From contig JBBCJS010000003.1 of the NCBI GenBank assembly GCA_037190825.1, forward strand, positions 1 through 64,000: a stretch of 64,000 nucleotides of DNA, in the 5' to 3' direction. The position numbers and the translations under genes were made by a program. Position 1 is the stretch's first letter, and every line of letters begins with the position of its first letter. Source of the DNA: Chiayiivirga flava (lineage in GTDB: Bacteria > Pseudomonadota > Gammaproteobacteria > Xanthomonadales > Xanthomonadaceae). Positions 1 through 9,918 of this stretch are shown here, in pieces. The notes beneath the pieces are model-generated. The model saw nothing but the letters and a program-made list of their open reading frames with translations. It ran no database searches and was not told the DNA's origin.

Positions 1-15
1 CGGGCCCTTCGGCTT

Positions 16-2376
16 TCAGTGCCAGTGCGCCGACACTTCGACGCCTGCGAATGAAGCCGACTTCGGCTTCAGCATCAGGTAGTTCCAGCCGCTTGCCGGC
101 TGGGGGACGGTCAGCGCCTCCTCGTTGCCCGGCTGGGTGGAGGAAAGATCGTAGGTGCTGTCGCCGGGCCAGTTTCCGGCACGGTAGTAGAGGTCGCCGT
201 CGCCGCTGCCGCCGCTCATCCGGATCCGCAACTCGGTCACGCCGGCCGGGATGTAGACGCTCAGCCATACCCTGGCCCCGGAGTGGGCCGCGGAGAGGTT
301 GCCGATCTTGCAGTCGTTGTCCAGGCGGCCCTCGGCGGCCAGTGGACATTCGCCGATTTCCGGCGGTTCCTGATCGTCGCCTTCGAAGCCGTCCGCGAAG
401 AGCGGCGCCGGCGGCTGCGGAGTGTCGCCGCCGCAGTTGGCGGTGTTGCCGTTGTTGCCGGCGAAGCACACCAGCCATGCGCGGAACTCGGTGTCGTAAA
501 TGTTGCGCAGGCCGTTCAGCCAGTTGCGGTAGCCGGGGCTGTAGTCGCCCACGCGGGTGAGGGCGAACATCGCCGCGATGTCGTTGCGGTGGCGCTCGAA
601 CATGAAGCGCGATGCCAGGTAGCCCCACTGGTAGATGCGCGAGGTGTCGTGGCTGTAGGTGGTGTCCAGCACCTGCGACAGCGTGTAGCGATCCGGCGCC
701 TGCGCCTGGTTCACGGCGGAGCCGTAGACCAGGTTGCGGTACGAGTAGGACATGTACTCGGCGAAGCCTTCGATGAACCAGATCGATGGCGCGGGAGCTT
801 CCAGCGGCAGGTCCCAGAAGGCGCCGTGCCAGTTGAAGCGGCCGTCCAGGTAGTGGACGTATTCGTGCGTGAGGTTCCAGACCTCGAACTGCGGCCGCAG
901 CCACTCGGCCTCGTAGGCCAGGAAGCGTGCCTGGTTACCGGGCACGGAAGGGTCGCCTTCCAGGTACATCCCGCCGTTGTTGGTGTCGTTGCCGAACAGC
1001 GTGCCCGAGTAGGTTTCGTAGTCGGTGCTGGAGTGGAAGATCACCATTTCCAGGCGGTCGTTGTGATCGTCGGCCACCGGCACGCCGCCGGTCTGGGCCT
1101 GGACGTGGAAGTAGGCTTCCTGTCCGGCCACTTCGGCGCAGACCCAATCCAGCTGCTGCGAAGTCAGCGCCTGGCTGCGCACCTTGAGCGTGGCGCTGCA
1201 CTCGCGTGCGTGTGCGGGCGGCAGCACCTGGGCTTCCAGATCGTCGATGAAGTCGCACAGGCCGAAGTAGGCGCAGTGGTCCATGTCGTAGTACACCACC
1301 ACGCCGGCCATGCGCACGTAGATGCCCGCGCCGGGGCCGCTGATGCCGAACTGGTCGAGGATGCTTTTGACCCTGGGATGCACCACGTTGTGGAAGGTGG
1401 CCGGGTAGCCGTACCACGGGCCGGGATTGAGGAAGCGCGCCAGCTCGCCGGCGGCGTTGTGCAGCATGTACTCGCGGTCGCTGCCGATGTCGGCGGCCTT
1501 GTTGTCGTTGACGAAGGCGACGAGCGAGTCGAGCAGGCCCAGGCCGGGCGACACCTGCACCGCGGCACGGAACTCGTCCAGGTAGTGGCCGCGGAACAGC
1601 ACGGTGAAGGCGTTGTTCACCGCGTTCTTCATGTACCAGTGCGGATGGTGCGAAGGGCCGTAGTTGTCCAGGATCGCGCGAACGGTGCCGATGTGGCCGG
1701 CGTTCTGGCCGGCGCTGTCGATCAGCGTGACGAATTCGGCGAGAACCTCGCCATGGGCTTCGTTGACGTCGCCAAAGCGGGGGCTGGCGACAAAGGCGTC
1801 CAGCGCCGCGCCGATGGCGGTGTTCAGTGCCGTGCCGTAGTCGCCGACTTCAGGGTTGTACCACTGCACGAAATAACCGGCGCGCATGAACATCACCAGT
1901 TGCAGCATGCGGCCGTCGTTGTTGCCCGGATAGCTTGCCGCGTCGGCGTGGATGGCGTTGGCGATGGTGACCATCTTCGACTCGGCGAACACCTGCGCGC
2001 CCACCGCGCCGCCGACGGAGAACAACTGGTTGATGCAGCCGGTCGTGGCGCCCTTCACCGTCGATACCAGCGTCGCGCCGCTGGCGCTGGCGAAGCTGTC
2101 GACGTCGCACCCGCCCTTGGCGCGCGCGGGCATGGGGCGGTCGTAATCGGTACGCAGGTGATCGCGCGTGGCAGGTAGCGGACGGCGCTGGTCGGCCGTC
2201 AACGGGCGTCTCTGGATGTGTTCGGCGATGTGGCCGCCATCGCCGGTGGTGGCCGGCGAGGGCGGCGGCGCGTCTGGCCGGTTGGATGGATGCGCGCTCG
2301 CCGCGGCGATGCCGAGCAAGCCAAGGGCCAGCGCCCGGAGGGCTGGCGTGAGCCGGTTGTTCGAATGCATGGGCAA
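16..2376 (-). CDS. Secreted M9-family metallopeptidase (microbial collagenase-like) with one C-terminal PPC (pre-peptidase C-terminal) domain
   Basis: 786 aa; N-terminal signal peptide (LTPALRALALGLLGIAAASA); zinc motif HEYVHYLDGRFNWHG typical of M9 collagenases; C-terminal PPC-like segment (GDGDLYYRAGNWP...); LFADGFEGDD motif at the catalytic/PPC junction. Confidence 0.8.
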   Translation of the reverse strand: MPMHSNNRLTPALRALALGLLGIAAASAHPSNRPDAPPPSPATTGDGGHIAEHIQRRPLTADQRRPLPATRDHLRTDYDRPMPARAKGGCDVDSFASASGATLVSTVKGATTGCINQLFSVGGAVGAQVFAESKMVTIANAIHADAASYPGNNDGRMLQLVMFMRAGYFVQWYNPEVGDYGTALNTAIGAALDAFVASPRFGDVNEAHGEVLAEFVTLIDSAGQNAGHIGTVRAILDNYGPSHHPHWYMKNAVNNAFTVLFRGHYLDEFRAAVQVSPGLGLLDSLVAFVNDNKAADIGSDREYMLHNAAGELARFLNPGPWYGYPATFHNVVHPRVKSILDQFGISGPGAGIYVRMAGVVVYYDMDHCAYFGLCDFIDDLEAQVLPPAHARECSATLKVRSQALTSQQLDWVCAEVAGQEAYFHVQAQTGGVPVADDHNDRLEMVIFHSSTDYETYSGTLFGNDTNNGGMYLEGDPSVPGNQARFLAYEAEWLRPQFEVWNLTHEYVHYLDGRFNWHGAFWDLPLEAPAPSIWFIEGFAEYMSYSYRNLVYGSAVNQAQAPDRYTLSQVLDTTYSHDTSRIYQWGYLASRFMFERHRNDIAAMFALTRVGDYSPGYRNWLNGLRNIYDTEFRAWLVCFAGNNGNTANCGGDTPQPPAPLFADGFEGDDQEPPEIGECPLAAEGRLDNDCKIGNLSAAHSGARVWLSVYIPAGVTELRIRMSGGSGDGDLYYRAGNWPGDSTYDLSSTQPGNEEALTVPQPASGWNYLMLKPKSASFAGVEVSAHWH

Positions 2377-2615
2377 CCCCTGCCTGTGGTGTTGGAATCA
2401 ACGGATGGAAGGCGCGATCGCGCCATGACGGGCAAGCCCGTCTCCCCTTTCGGCCAATCGCAGGGGCAGGGTGGCAGTGCGGGTATGCGCGGGTCTTGGT
2501 GGATTAGGTCGCGGGCGTGGCGACATTTGCCAAGCGGCGACTTCGTCGTGGGGCAGGCGCCGCCCTGCGCGGCGGAGGCGGCGCGCAGGATGGCGCAGGG
2601 ACGGGATGCGGCGCG

Positions 2616-3908
2616 TCAGGCGTCCCGGGTCTCGCGCGCGATCGCGCGCCAGCCGATGTCGCCGCGATGGAATTCGTTGGCCCAGCCGATCGCGTCCACG
2701 CCGGCGTAGGCATGGCGCTGCGCTTCGGACACCGAATCGCCCAGCGCCGCCACGCACAGCACGCGGCCGCCCGCGGTGACCACGTTGCCGGCGGCGTCGA
2801 ATGCGGTGCCGGCGTGGAATACCTTGGCCGCTGCCGGCACGGCATCCAGCCCGGCGATGACGTCGCCGGTGACCGGCGCATCCGGGTAGGGACGCGAGGC
2901 CATCACCACGCCCAGCGACGGGCGCCGGTCCCATTGCGCTTCCACGGCATCGAGCCGGCCGTCGAGCGCGGCCTCGACCAGGTCCACGAAATCGCTTTGC
3001 AGGCGCAGCATGATCGGCTGGGTCTCCGGATCGCCGAAGCGCACGTTGAACTCGATCACGCGCGGCGCGCCGCCGGCGTCGATCATCAGGCCGGCGTAGA
3101 GGAAGCCGGAGAACGGCATGCCCTCGGCCGCCATGCCGGCGACGGTGGGTTCGATCACCTCGCGCAGGATGCGCGCGTGCACCTCGGGCGTCACCACCGG
3201 CGCGGGGGAATACGCGCCCATGCCGCCGGTGTTGGGGCCGGTGTCGCCGTCGCCGACGCGCTTGTGGTCCTGGCTGGTGGCCATCGGCAGCGCGCTGCGG
3301 CCATCGACCATGGCGATGAAGCTGGCTTCCTCGCCTTCCAGGAACTGCTCGATCACCACGCGCGCGCCGGCCTGGCCGAAAGCGTTGCCGGCGAGCATGT
3401 CGCGCACGGCGGCCTCGGCCTCGGCCAGCGTCGTCGCCACGATCACGCCCTTGCCGGCGGCCCGTCCGTCGGCCTTGACGACGATGGGCGCGCCCTTCTC
3501 GCGGACATAGGCCAGCGCCGCATCCACTTCGGTGTGCACCGCGTAGAACGCCGTCGGAATGCCGTGGCGGGCGAGGAAATCCTTGGCGAACGCCTTGCTG
3601 CCCTCCAACTGCGCGGCCGCCGCGTTCGGGCCGAAGATGCGCAGCCCGGCGGCGCGGAAACGATCCACCACGCCGGCCACCAGCGGCGCTTCCGGCCCGA
3701 CCACGGTGAAGGCGACGGCTTCGCGTTGCGCCAGCGCCAGCAGCGCGTCGATGTCGCTGGCGGCCACCTGCGCATTGCGGCACCTGGCTTCGCGCGCGGT
3801 GCCGGCGTTGCCGGGCGCGACGATCACTTCGGCGACGCGCGGGGACTGGGCGAGCTTCCACGCGAGCGCGTGTTCGCGGCCGCCCGAGCCGATGACGAGG
3901 ATTTTCAT
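2616..3908 (-). CDS. purD: Phosphoribosylamine--glycine ligase
   Basis: 430 aa; MKILVIGSGGREHALAWKLAQS N-terminus and ATP-grasp core are diagnostic of PurD. Confidence 0.95.
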   Translation of the reverse strand: MKILVIGSGGREHALAWKLAQSPRVAEVIVAPGNAGTAREARCRNAQVAASDIDALLALAQREAVAFTVVGPEAPLVAGVVDRFRAAGLRIFGPNAAAAQLEGSKAFAKDFLARHGIPTAFYAVHTEVDAALAYVREKGAPIVVKADGRAAGKGVIVATTLAEAEAAVRDMLAGNAFGQAGARVVIEQFLEGEEASFIAMVDGRSALPMATSQDHKRVGDGDTGPNTGGMGAYSPAPVVTPEVHARILREVIEPTVAGMAAEGMPFSGFLYAGLMIDAGGAPRVIEFNVRFGDPETQPIMLRLQSDFVDLVEAALDGRLDAVEAQWDRRPSLGVVMASRPYPDAPVTGDVIAGLDAVPAAAKVFHAGTAFDAAGNVVTAGGRVLCVAALGDSVSEAQRHAYAGVDAIGWANEFHRGDIGWRAIARETRDA

Positions 3909-3965
3909 GAGGCCGGTTCCCGAGCGCCGTAGCCACGCAGGCAGCGATGCGGGCCGTGGCGAGAA

Positions 3966-4004
3966 GAAATAAAAAAGCCCGGTGCGCGGGGGAGCGCACC
4001 GGGC
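3966..4004 (-). terminator. Rho-independent terminator downstream of collagenase-2 (minus strand)
   Basis: GC-rich hairpin gcccggtgcgc/gcgcaccgggc followed on the minus strand by TTTTTTATTTCTTCTC; lies 106 bp downstream of the collagenase-2 stop. Confidence 0.6.
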
Positions 4005-4109
4005 GAAGTCTGCGCGCGCCGCAAGGTAGCCGAACGCGCAGGTCGGGGCAATCGGGATCGGGGCGGAAGCCCCCGGCGCGGCCCTGTCGCGCCGGGCCGG
4101 GGGATGGAG

Positions 4110-7100
4110 TCAGTCGCGGGTGATGTAGATGGAGACTCCGCTGAAGCTGGCGCTCTTGGGGCGCAGTCCGATGTAGTACCAGCCGCTGGCGGGCGCGTCG
4201 ATGCTCACGCTTTCCTCGTTGCCGACGTTGTCGGACAGGTGGGCGTAGACCGTGGCGCTCGGCCACACGCCTACCTCGCCGACGTACATGTCGGCATCGC
4301 CCGTCCCGCCGAAGGTATTGATCGTCAGCGAGTTGGCGCCCGCGGGCACATAGGTCAGGAACCAGGTGAACCACGTGGCGTTGGTCTGCTCGGCGCCACT
4401 GCGCTTGCAGCCGGGATCCAGTTGCCGCGCATCGCTCGCGGTGCATTCGGGCAGGTTGGACGGATCGTTCGGTTCCTCCGGTTCTTCCGGCTCCTCGGGC
4501 TCGGTCGTGGGGAAGGTCACGTAGATGCCGACGTCGGTGAAGCTCCCGGACGCCTTGGGCTGGAGCGTGAGGAAGTACCAGCCGGCGGGCGGGTCGGTCA
4601 GCGTGATGGTTTCGCTGTTGCCCGCGTTGGTGGACGCCTCCTCGTATTCGCCCGGCGGGTTGGGATAGGTGCTGCCGCTGCCGTACAGGTCCACGTCGCC
4701 GCTGCCGCCGAACGTCCTGATCACGACCGTCGGCGTGTTGGCGGGAATGTTCAAGAGGGCATAGGCGCGTCCGGTGCCGGACTGGCTCAGTCCGCTGACC
4801 TTGCAGCCTTCGCTGAGGGTGGGCGTGCCGGTCCACGTGCATTCGGGCAGGGTGGACGGATCGCCCGGTTCCACGGGTTCTTCCGGCTCTTCCTCATCCT
4901 CCTCGAAGAACACCACCGCCGTGACGCCGGCGAAGCTGCCGCCGTCCTTGGGGAACAGCGCCACATTGTGATACCCGGCGACGGGCGTGGTGAGGACGAT
5001 GGTTTCGTTGCTGCCGGCATAGGTCGAGGACGCCTCGAACGCGGTGGGCGTCGGGTAGGCCGAGCCGGGCAGGCTGTAGAACATGTCCGCATCGCCCGTG
5101 CCGCCGAAACTGCGGATCGTGGCCTTGGCGGGAATCGCGCCGGCCAGTACCTGGAAGTAGAAGGTCTTGCCGCTGGCGCCGCTCGCGCTCAGGCCGACGA
5201 TCTTGCAGCTCGTGGACAGGATGTAGTCGGTATCGCAGTCGGGCAGGTGGGCCACGTCCGGGATCGGATCGGGGTTCTCGCCCGGCTCCGGCTCCTCCGG
5301 CTCTTCGGGCTCTTCGGGCTCTTCCGGCTCCTCGCCATCGCCGAACGAGGGGTCGATGTCCTCCTGGCCGTCGAGCAGCCAGTAGGCGTAGATGTCCACG
5401 CCGGAGAAATATTCGCCGCCCTTGGCGTGCAGGCCGATGTTGTGCCAGACGTTGCCGGGGTTTTCGATCCGTACCTGCTCGGTATTGCCTGCCTCGGTGG
5501 AGGAATCGGCGCCGGGAGTGCTCGGGTAGGGCCAGGTGGGCGTCTTTGCGACGTACACGTCGACGTCGCCCACGCCGTTGCGGGTCTTGATCCAGAGCGT
5601 CCTGGCACTGGCCGGCGGCAGGATCGAGAGCCACACCACGCCGTTGCCCGAGGCTTGCAGGTTGGCGATCTTGCAGCCGTTGGTCAGGGTGGAAGTGGAA
5701 CCGCACACCGGCAGGTTCACCGGGATGTGCTCCGGTTCCGGCGGCGCCGGCTCGCCTTCGAACTCGTCGTTGAAGATGCGCTCGGCCACGTCCGCGTTGC
5801 AGGGCACGGTGTCGCCGTCGTTGAGCAGGTAGCAGTCCAGCCAGGCGCGGAACTCGCTGTCCTTGCCGTTGCGGATGTTGTCCAGCCAGAGGCGGTAGCC
5901 GGGCGCGTAGTCGCCCACGCGGGTCAGTGCGAACAGCGCATCCATGCTGCTCTTGTAGCGCTCGAACATGAAGCGCGTGGCCAGGTAGCCCCAGACGTAG
6001 ATGTTGTCCTGCGGGCTGACGCCGTACTGGTTGTCGAAGATCGTGGACAAGGGCACGTTGCGGCTGGGCGTGCCGCCGACGTACCAGACGTTGTCGTCGT
6101 TGCGGATGAGGAAGGACAGCGCGATCGCGTCGGCGATCGAGGGGAAGCTCGACGCCGGCAGGTTGCCGAGGAAGTTCTGGGCCATGTACTCGCCGAAACC
6201 CTCGGTGAACCAGACCGCCGAATACGGCGCGGTGCCGGGCAGCGAACTGAAGCCGCCGCGGAAGTTGTAGCGCCCGTCGAGGTAGTGGGTGTACTCGTGA
6301 TGCAGGTTCCACGGCTCCCAGATGCCGCTTCCGACCGGCCGGACCCAGCTGCTCGGTGCGACGAAGGTGATGAAGCGCGGGATGTTGGCGGGGTTGGCGG
6401 GATTGCCTTCCAGGTAGATGCCGCCGTTGTTGGTGGAGTTGCCGAAGAACGTGCCCGAATAGCTGGTGTAGTGGCTCTGGTTCTTGAAGATGATCACTTC
6501 CAGCGTGTCGTTGTGGTCGTCCGGCACGGGCTGGTCCGCCGCGACGCCGACCAGTGCCAGGAAGGCGGTCTTCTGCTGGCCGAGCGATTCGCAGATGTAG
6601 TCCAGCTGCGTGGTGGTCAGGTCGTGGTTGCGGATGCGCAGGTCGTTGCAGACGCGGGTCTGGGACGGAGGCAGGATCTCGTCCTGCAGGTCGGCCATCG
6701 CGGTGCAGACGGCGGGGGAGTAGTAGTTGCAGTTCCCGGCGTCGAAGTAGTTGATCATCTCCGCCAGCTTCAGGAACACGTTGCGCCCGTGGCTGAGGCT
6801 GTACTGGTCGGTGAGGGATTTGACCAGCAGGCGGGTTTCGGCGAGGTACGCCGGCGGATTCTTGATGTCCAGGTAGCGGCCCAGCTCGAAGGCCGAGTTG
6901 ACGATCAGGTACTCGGTGGTGCTGCTGCCGTAGTCGGCGGCGAAGTTGCGCACGACGAAATCGCGCAGCGCCTCGCGGATGCCGTGGTCGTTGGCGGCCA
7001 CGCCGGTATGGTTGGCCGGGACGCTGACCAGGTAGTACGTCAGGTTGAAGACGTAGTTCACCGCCTCGCGCATGTCGCGGTAGGGCGCGTAGTCGGCGCT

Positions 7101-7835
7101 GCTGTAGGCGTTGAGCACCGTGGTCATGGTGTCCAGGTGGGCGGGGATCACGTTCGCCGAGCGCAGCAGGATCAGGAAGTCGCGCAGCGCGTAGCCGTGC
7201 TGGGCCGAGCCGGCCGCCGTGAGGTTGGGGTTGTCGGCGAAGGCGCGCAGCGCGCCGGCCATCGCGGTGCGGAAGGCGCTGGTATCGAAATTCAGCGTGG
7301 TGCGGCCGGTGGCGTAGTAGCCCACGCGCAGGAACATGATCAGCTGCGTGACCTGGGTGCTGTTGTTGCCCGGATAGCCGGGGCTGGCAGCGGCCAGGGC
7401 GTTGGCCACGGCGGTCATCTTGGCTTCGGTGAAGATGGCCAGGTCGAGCGCGCTGCTGGTATTGCTGAAGTTCTCGTTGACGCAGTCCACCGTGGCGGCC
7501 TTGACCACGCTCACGATGGTGGCGGCAGTGGCGTCGGCGAACTGCGCGATGTCGCACACCGCCTTGGGGGCGGCCTTGGTGACGGGGCGGCTGTAGTCGA
7601 TGCGCTGGTAGAGATCGTCGCCGCGCTGGGGCGGGCGCTGTGCCGGGGTCAGCGGTTCACCCTGGACATGCGGGACGCTGACTGCATCGATGCGGTCGTA
7701 CAGCCCGATGTGCTGGATCGCTTCCGGCGGCGTCGGCGCAGGCTGCGGAGCGTGCGCCAGGGCGCCACTGGTCCCCAGCGCCAGCGTCAGCGCGAAACAT
7801 CGCGCCGGGATCGGGATTCGGTAGAAAGAGTTCAT
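4110..7835 (-). CDS. Secreted M9-family collagenase-like metallopeptidase with four tandem C-terminal PPC domains separated by (PEE)n linkers
   Basis: 1241 aa; signal peptide; HEYTHYLDGRYNFRGG zinc motif; paralogue of the 16..2376 product; four PPC-like repeats (GDVDVYVAKTP..., GDADMFYSLPG..., GDVDLYGSGST..., GDADMYVGEVG...) separated by EPEEPEEPEEPE linkers; IFNDEFEGEP motif at the catalytic/PPC junction. Confidence 0.85.
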   Translation of the reverse strand: MNSFYRIPIPARCFALTLALGTSGALAHAPQPAPTPPEAIQHIGLYDRIDAVSVPHVQGEPLTPAQRPPQRGDDLYQRIDYSRPVTKAAPKAVCDIAQFADATAATIVSVVKAATVDCVNENFSNTSSALDLAIFTEAKMTAVANALAAASPGYPGNNSTQVTQLIMFLRVGYYATGRTTLNFDTSAFRTAMAGALRAFADNPNLTAAGSAQHGYALRDFLILLRSANVIPAHLDTMTTVLNAYSSADYAPYRDMREAVNYVFNLTYYLVSVPANHTGVAANDHGIREALRDFVVRNFAADYGSSTTEYLIVNSAFELGRYLDIKNPPAYLAETRLLVKSLTDQYSLSHGRNVFLKLAEMINYFDAGNCNYYSPAVCTAMADLQDEILPPSQTRVCNDLRIRNHDLTTTQLDYICESLGQQKTAFLALVGVAADQPVPDDHNDTLEVIIFKNQSHYTSYSGTFFGNSTNNGGIYLEGNPANPANIPRFITFVAPSSWVRPVGSGIWEPWNLHHEYTHYLDGRYNFRGGFSSLPGTAPYSAVWFTEGFGEYMAQNFLGNLPASSFPSIADAIALSFLIRNDDNVWYVGGTPSRNVPLSTIFDNQYGVSPQDNIYVWGYLATRFMFERYKSSMDALFALTRVGDYAPGYRLWLDNIRNGKDSEFRAWLDCYLLNDGDTVPCNADVAERIFNDEFEGEPAPPEPEHIPVNLPVCGSTSTLTNGCKIANLQASGNGVVWLSILPPASARTLWIKTRNGVGDVDVYVAKTPTWPYPSTPGADSSTEAGNTEQVRIENPGNVWHNIGLHAKGGEYFSGVDIYAYWLLDGQEDIDPSFGDGEEPEEPEEPEEPEEPEPGENPDPIPDVAHLPDCDTDYILSTSCKIVGLSASGASGKTFYFQVLAGAIPAKATIRSFGGTGDADMFYSLPGSAYPTPTAFEASSTYAGSNETIVLTTPVAGYHNVALFPKDGGSFAGVTAVVFFEEDEEEPEEPVEPGDPSTLPECTWTGTPTLSEGCKVSGLSQSGTGRAYALLNIPANTPTVVIRTFGGSGDVDLYGSGSTYPNPPGEYEEASTNAGNSETITLTDPPAGWYFLTLQPKASGSFTDVGIYVTFPTTEPEEPEEPEEPNDPSNLPECTASDARQLDPGCKRSGAEQTNATWFTWFLTYVPAGANSLTINTFGGTGDADMYVGEVGVWPSATVYAHLSDNVGNEESVSIDAPASGWYYIGLRPKSASFSGVSIYITRD
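5280..5340. repeat. Tandem 9-nt (ggctcttcg-like) repeats encoding the (PEE)n linker; shorter copies near 4480-4510 and 4870-4900
   Basis: Direct tandem repetition visible in the DNA (ccggctccggctcctccggctcttcgggctcttcgggctcttccggctcctc); encodes EPEEPEEPEEPEEPE. Confidence 0.6.
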
Positions 7836-8117
7836 GATCGGTTCCTGAGTTCGCCCTGGGATGCCGCGCCGTGGGCGCGGGCTCGCGCCTTGCCGGTTTC
7901 TGAACCGGCGAGGCGCTTGCTGGCATGCTCCCCCTCGGGGCCGGACCGGGTATTGCGCGATTTCCGCGTCGCCGCGCGGCGATCTGCACAGCGGCCCGAA
8001 AACCGGGTCGATAGACTCTTGACCGAGGCTTAACGGCCGTGGCCGGGACGCTTGCGCCCGTCACGAAAAAGTCCGACACCGGAAGCGCTCCGGAGACGAA
8101 AAGGGGAGAAAAGGATC

Positions 8118-8876
8118 ATGGCGAGCGAAGACGCGCTGCGCTGGCGCGACAGATTCATGGCGAGCGCGGCCTCGCCCTGGTACGTGGAGCGGTTGTTCGA
8201 CCGGCTCCCGGACATCGTTTTCTCGATCAAGGACAGGCTCGGGCGCTACGTCTCCATCAGCGAGACGGCGGCGATGCGTTGCGGCCTCAAGCACCGCCAG
8301 GACGCCATCGGCAAGACCGCGTTCGACCTCTTCCCCAAGCCGATGGCCGAGCGCTACACGCGCCAGGACGAGCGCCTGTTCCGCACCGGCAAGCCGATCA
8401 TCGACAACCTGGACCTCACCGTGTACCGCGACGGCAGCGCCGGCTGGTGCCTTTCCACCAAGGAGCCGCTGCGCGACGCGCGCGGGGAGATCATCGGGCT
8501 GGCCTGCATTTCCAAGGACCTGACCGAGCCCAGCCGCGGCGGCTTCATCGACAGCGCCTTCGCCGACACCATCGACTACCTGCTCGAACACATCGACGAA
8601 CCGCTGCGCATGGACGCGCTGGCGCACCGCGCCGGGCTGTCGCAGGCGCAGTTCGACCGGCGCATGAAGAAGATCTTCCAGCTCTCGGCCGGCCAGTACG
8701 TCATCAAGACCCGCATCGACCACGCCACCCGCCTGCTCGCCAGCACGCGCCTGCCGATCGCCGACATCGCCCAGCAGGCCGGCTTCTCCGACCAGAGCGC
8801 GTTCTCGCGCCAGTTCCGCCACGTCACCGGCTTCACGCCGAGGCAGTATCGGCAGTTGATGCAGGACGAGGCGTAG
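8118..8876 (+). CDS. AraC-family transcriptional regulator with N-terminal PAS-like sensor domain
   Basis: C-terminal AraC-type HTH ([33 protein letters not shown]); N-terminal PAS-like segment; ATG at 8118 preceded by aaggggagaaaagga RBS; the ORF-track start at 8052 is an upstream extension; divergent from collagenase-2. Confidence 0.85.
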   Translation: MASEDALRWRDRFMASAASPWYVERLFDRLPDIVFSIKDRLGRYVSISETAAMRCGLKHRQDAIGKTAFDLFPKPMAERYTRQDERLFRTGKPIIDNLDLTVYRDGSAGWCLSTKEPLRDARGEIIGLACISKDLTEPSRGGFIDSAFADTIDYLLEHIDEPLRMDALAHRAGLSQAQFDRRMKKIFQLSAGQYVIKTRIDHATRLLASTRLPIADIAQQAGFSDQSAFSRQFRHVTGFTPRQYRQLMQDEA

Positions 8877-8950
8877 CCGAGGGAGGGGCTGACGCGCGGA
8901 ACGCGGCACGAACGGGTAGGCTCGCGTTCCCGCTCCGCTTCCCGCCGCGC

Positions 8951-9910
8951 ATGCCCGCCACGCTCCCCGACGCCCGCATCGACACCCGCCCGCCCGCCGT
9001 CGCGCTGATGGGGCCGACCGCCTCGGGCAAGACCGCGCTGGCGGTGGATTGGGTGGCGCGCTTCGGCATGGAGATCGTCAGCGTGGATTCGGCGCTGGTG
9101 TATCGCGGGCTGGACATCGGCAGCGCAAAGCCCGATGCAGCCATGCAGGCGCGCGCGCCGCACCGGCTGATCGACATCCGCGACCCGCACGAAACCTATT
9201 CGGCCGCCGAGTTCGCCGAGGACGCCCTGCGCGAAATGCGCGCGATCCACGCCGCCGGCCGCACGCCGTTGCTGGTCGGCGGCACCGGCCTGTATTTCCG
9301 CGCGCTGCTCCAGGGCCTGTCCGACATGCCGCAGGCCGATCCGGCGCTGCGTGCCGCCATCGCCAGCGAGGCTGCCGAGCGCGGCTGGGCGGCATTGCAT
9401 GAAGCATTGTCACGCATCGACCCGCCCGCGGCGGCGCGGATCAAGCCCGGCGACGCGCAGCGCATCCAGCGCGCGCTCGAGGTGTTCCGCGCCAGCGGCA
9501 CGCCGATCAGCCAGTGGCAGCAGGCCGCGCGCAGACGGCCGTTGCCGTTCCGCGTGCTGAAGCTCGTCGTCGCCCCGCCGGATCGCGCCGTGCTGCACGC
9601 GCGCATCGCGCAGCGCTTCGACCAGATGATCGCGGACGGGTTGCTCGACGAAGTGCGCCGCCTCGCCGCCGATCCGCGCCTGCATCCGGACCTGCCGTCG
9701 ATGCGCGCCGTCGGTTACCGGCAGGCGCTGGAACACCTGGCCCAGGGCACGCCGCTGGAGAGCCTGCGCGAACGCGGCATCTTCGCCACCCGCCAGCTCG
9801 CCAAGCGCCAGCTCACCTGGCTGCGCGGCGAACTGGACGCGCGCTGGTTCGATCCGGAACGCGATGGCGGCGAGATCGGGCGCGCGGTGGCGCAGTTCCT
9901 CGGTGCGTGA
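8951..9910 (+). CDS. miaA: tRNA dimethylallyltransferase
   Basis: P-loop [14 protein letters not shown] plus conserved [19 protein letters not shown] and [17 protein letters not shown] motifs; ATG at 8951 sits in frame within the longer 8039..9910 ORF. Confidence 0.9.
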   Translation: MPATLPDARIDTRPPAVALMGPTASGKTALAVDWVARFGMEIVSVDSALVYRGLDIGSAKPDAAMQARAPHRLIDIRDPHETYSAAEFAEDALREMRAIHAAGRTPLLVGGTGLYFRALLQGLSDMPQADPALRAAIASEAAERGWAALHEALSRIDPPAAARIKPGDAQRIQRALEVFRASGTPISQWQQAARRRPLPFRVLKLVVAPPDRAVLHARIAQRFDQMIADGLLDEVRRLAADPRLHPDLPSMRAVGYRQALEHLAQGTPLESLRERGIFATRQLAKRQLTWLRGELDARWFDPERDGGEIGRAVAQFLGA

Positions 9911-9918
9911 CGCAGGCG

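Noticed and set aside
283-2178. 631-aa plus-strand ORF antisense to collagenase-1 (similar long antisense ORFs: 2398..4842, 4104..8033, 4894..7557, 9514..11286, 13666..15543, 14207..16069, 17575..19122, 17979..19676, 22391..25684, 23058..26552, 29483..32320, 29905..32091, 32951..34339, 38286..39893, 49358..51613, 49395..52418, 51638..52996, 60179..61513)
   Set aside because: Typical open frames opposite to or overlapping genuine genes in ~70% GC DNA; Arg/Ala/Gly-rich translations without motifs, whereas the partner frame carries clear family signatures
16-7835. Collagenase-purD-collagenase arrangement as a composite transposon
   Set aside because: No inverted repeats or transposase are seen. 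The paralogues differ substantially in their tails, and purD is a conserved housekeeping gene, so ancient duplication is more likely.
8039-9910. 623-aa ORF as a fused protein
   Set aside because: Its first 300 codons overlap the AraC-family gene in another frame. miaA begins at the internal ATG 8951, giving the canonical P-loop N-terminus.
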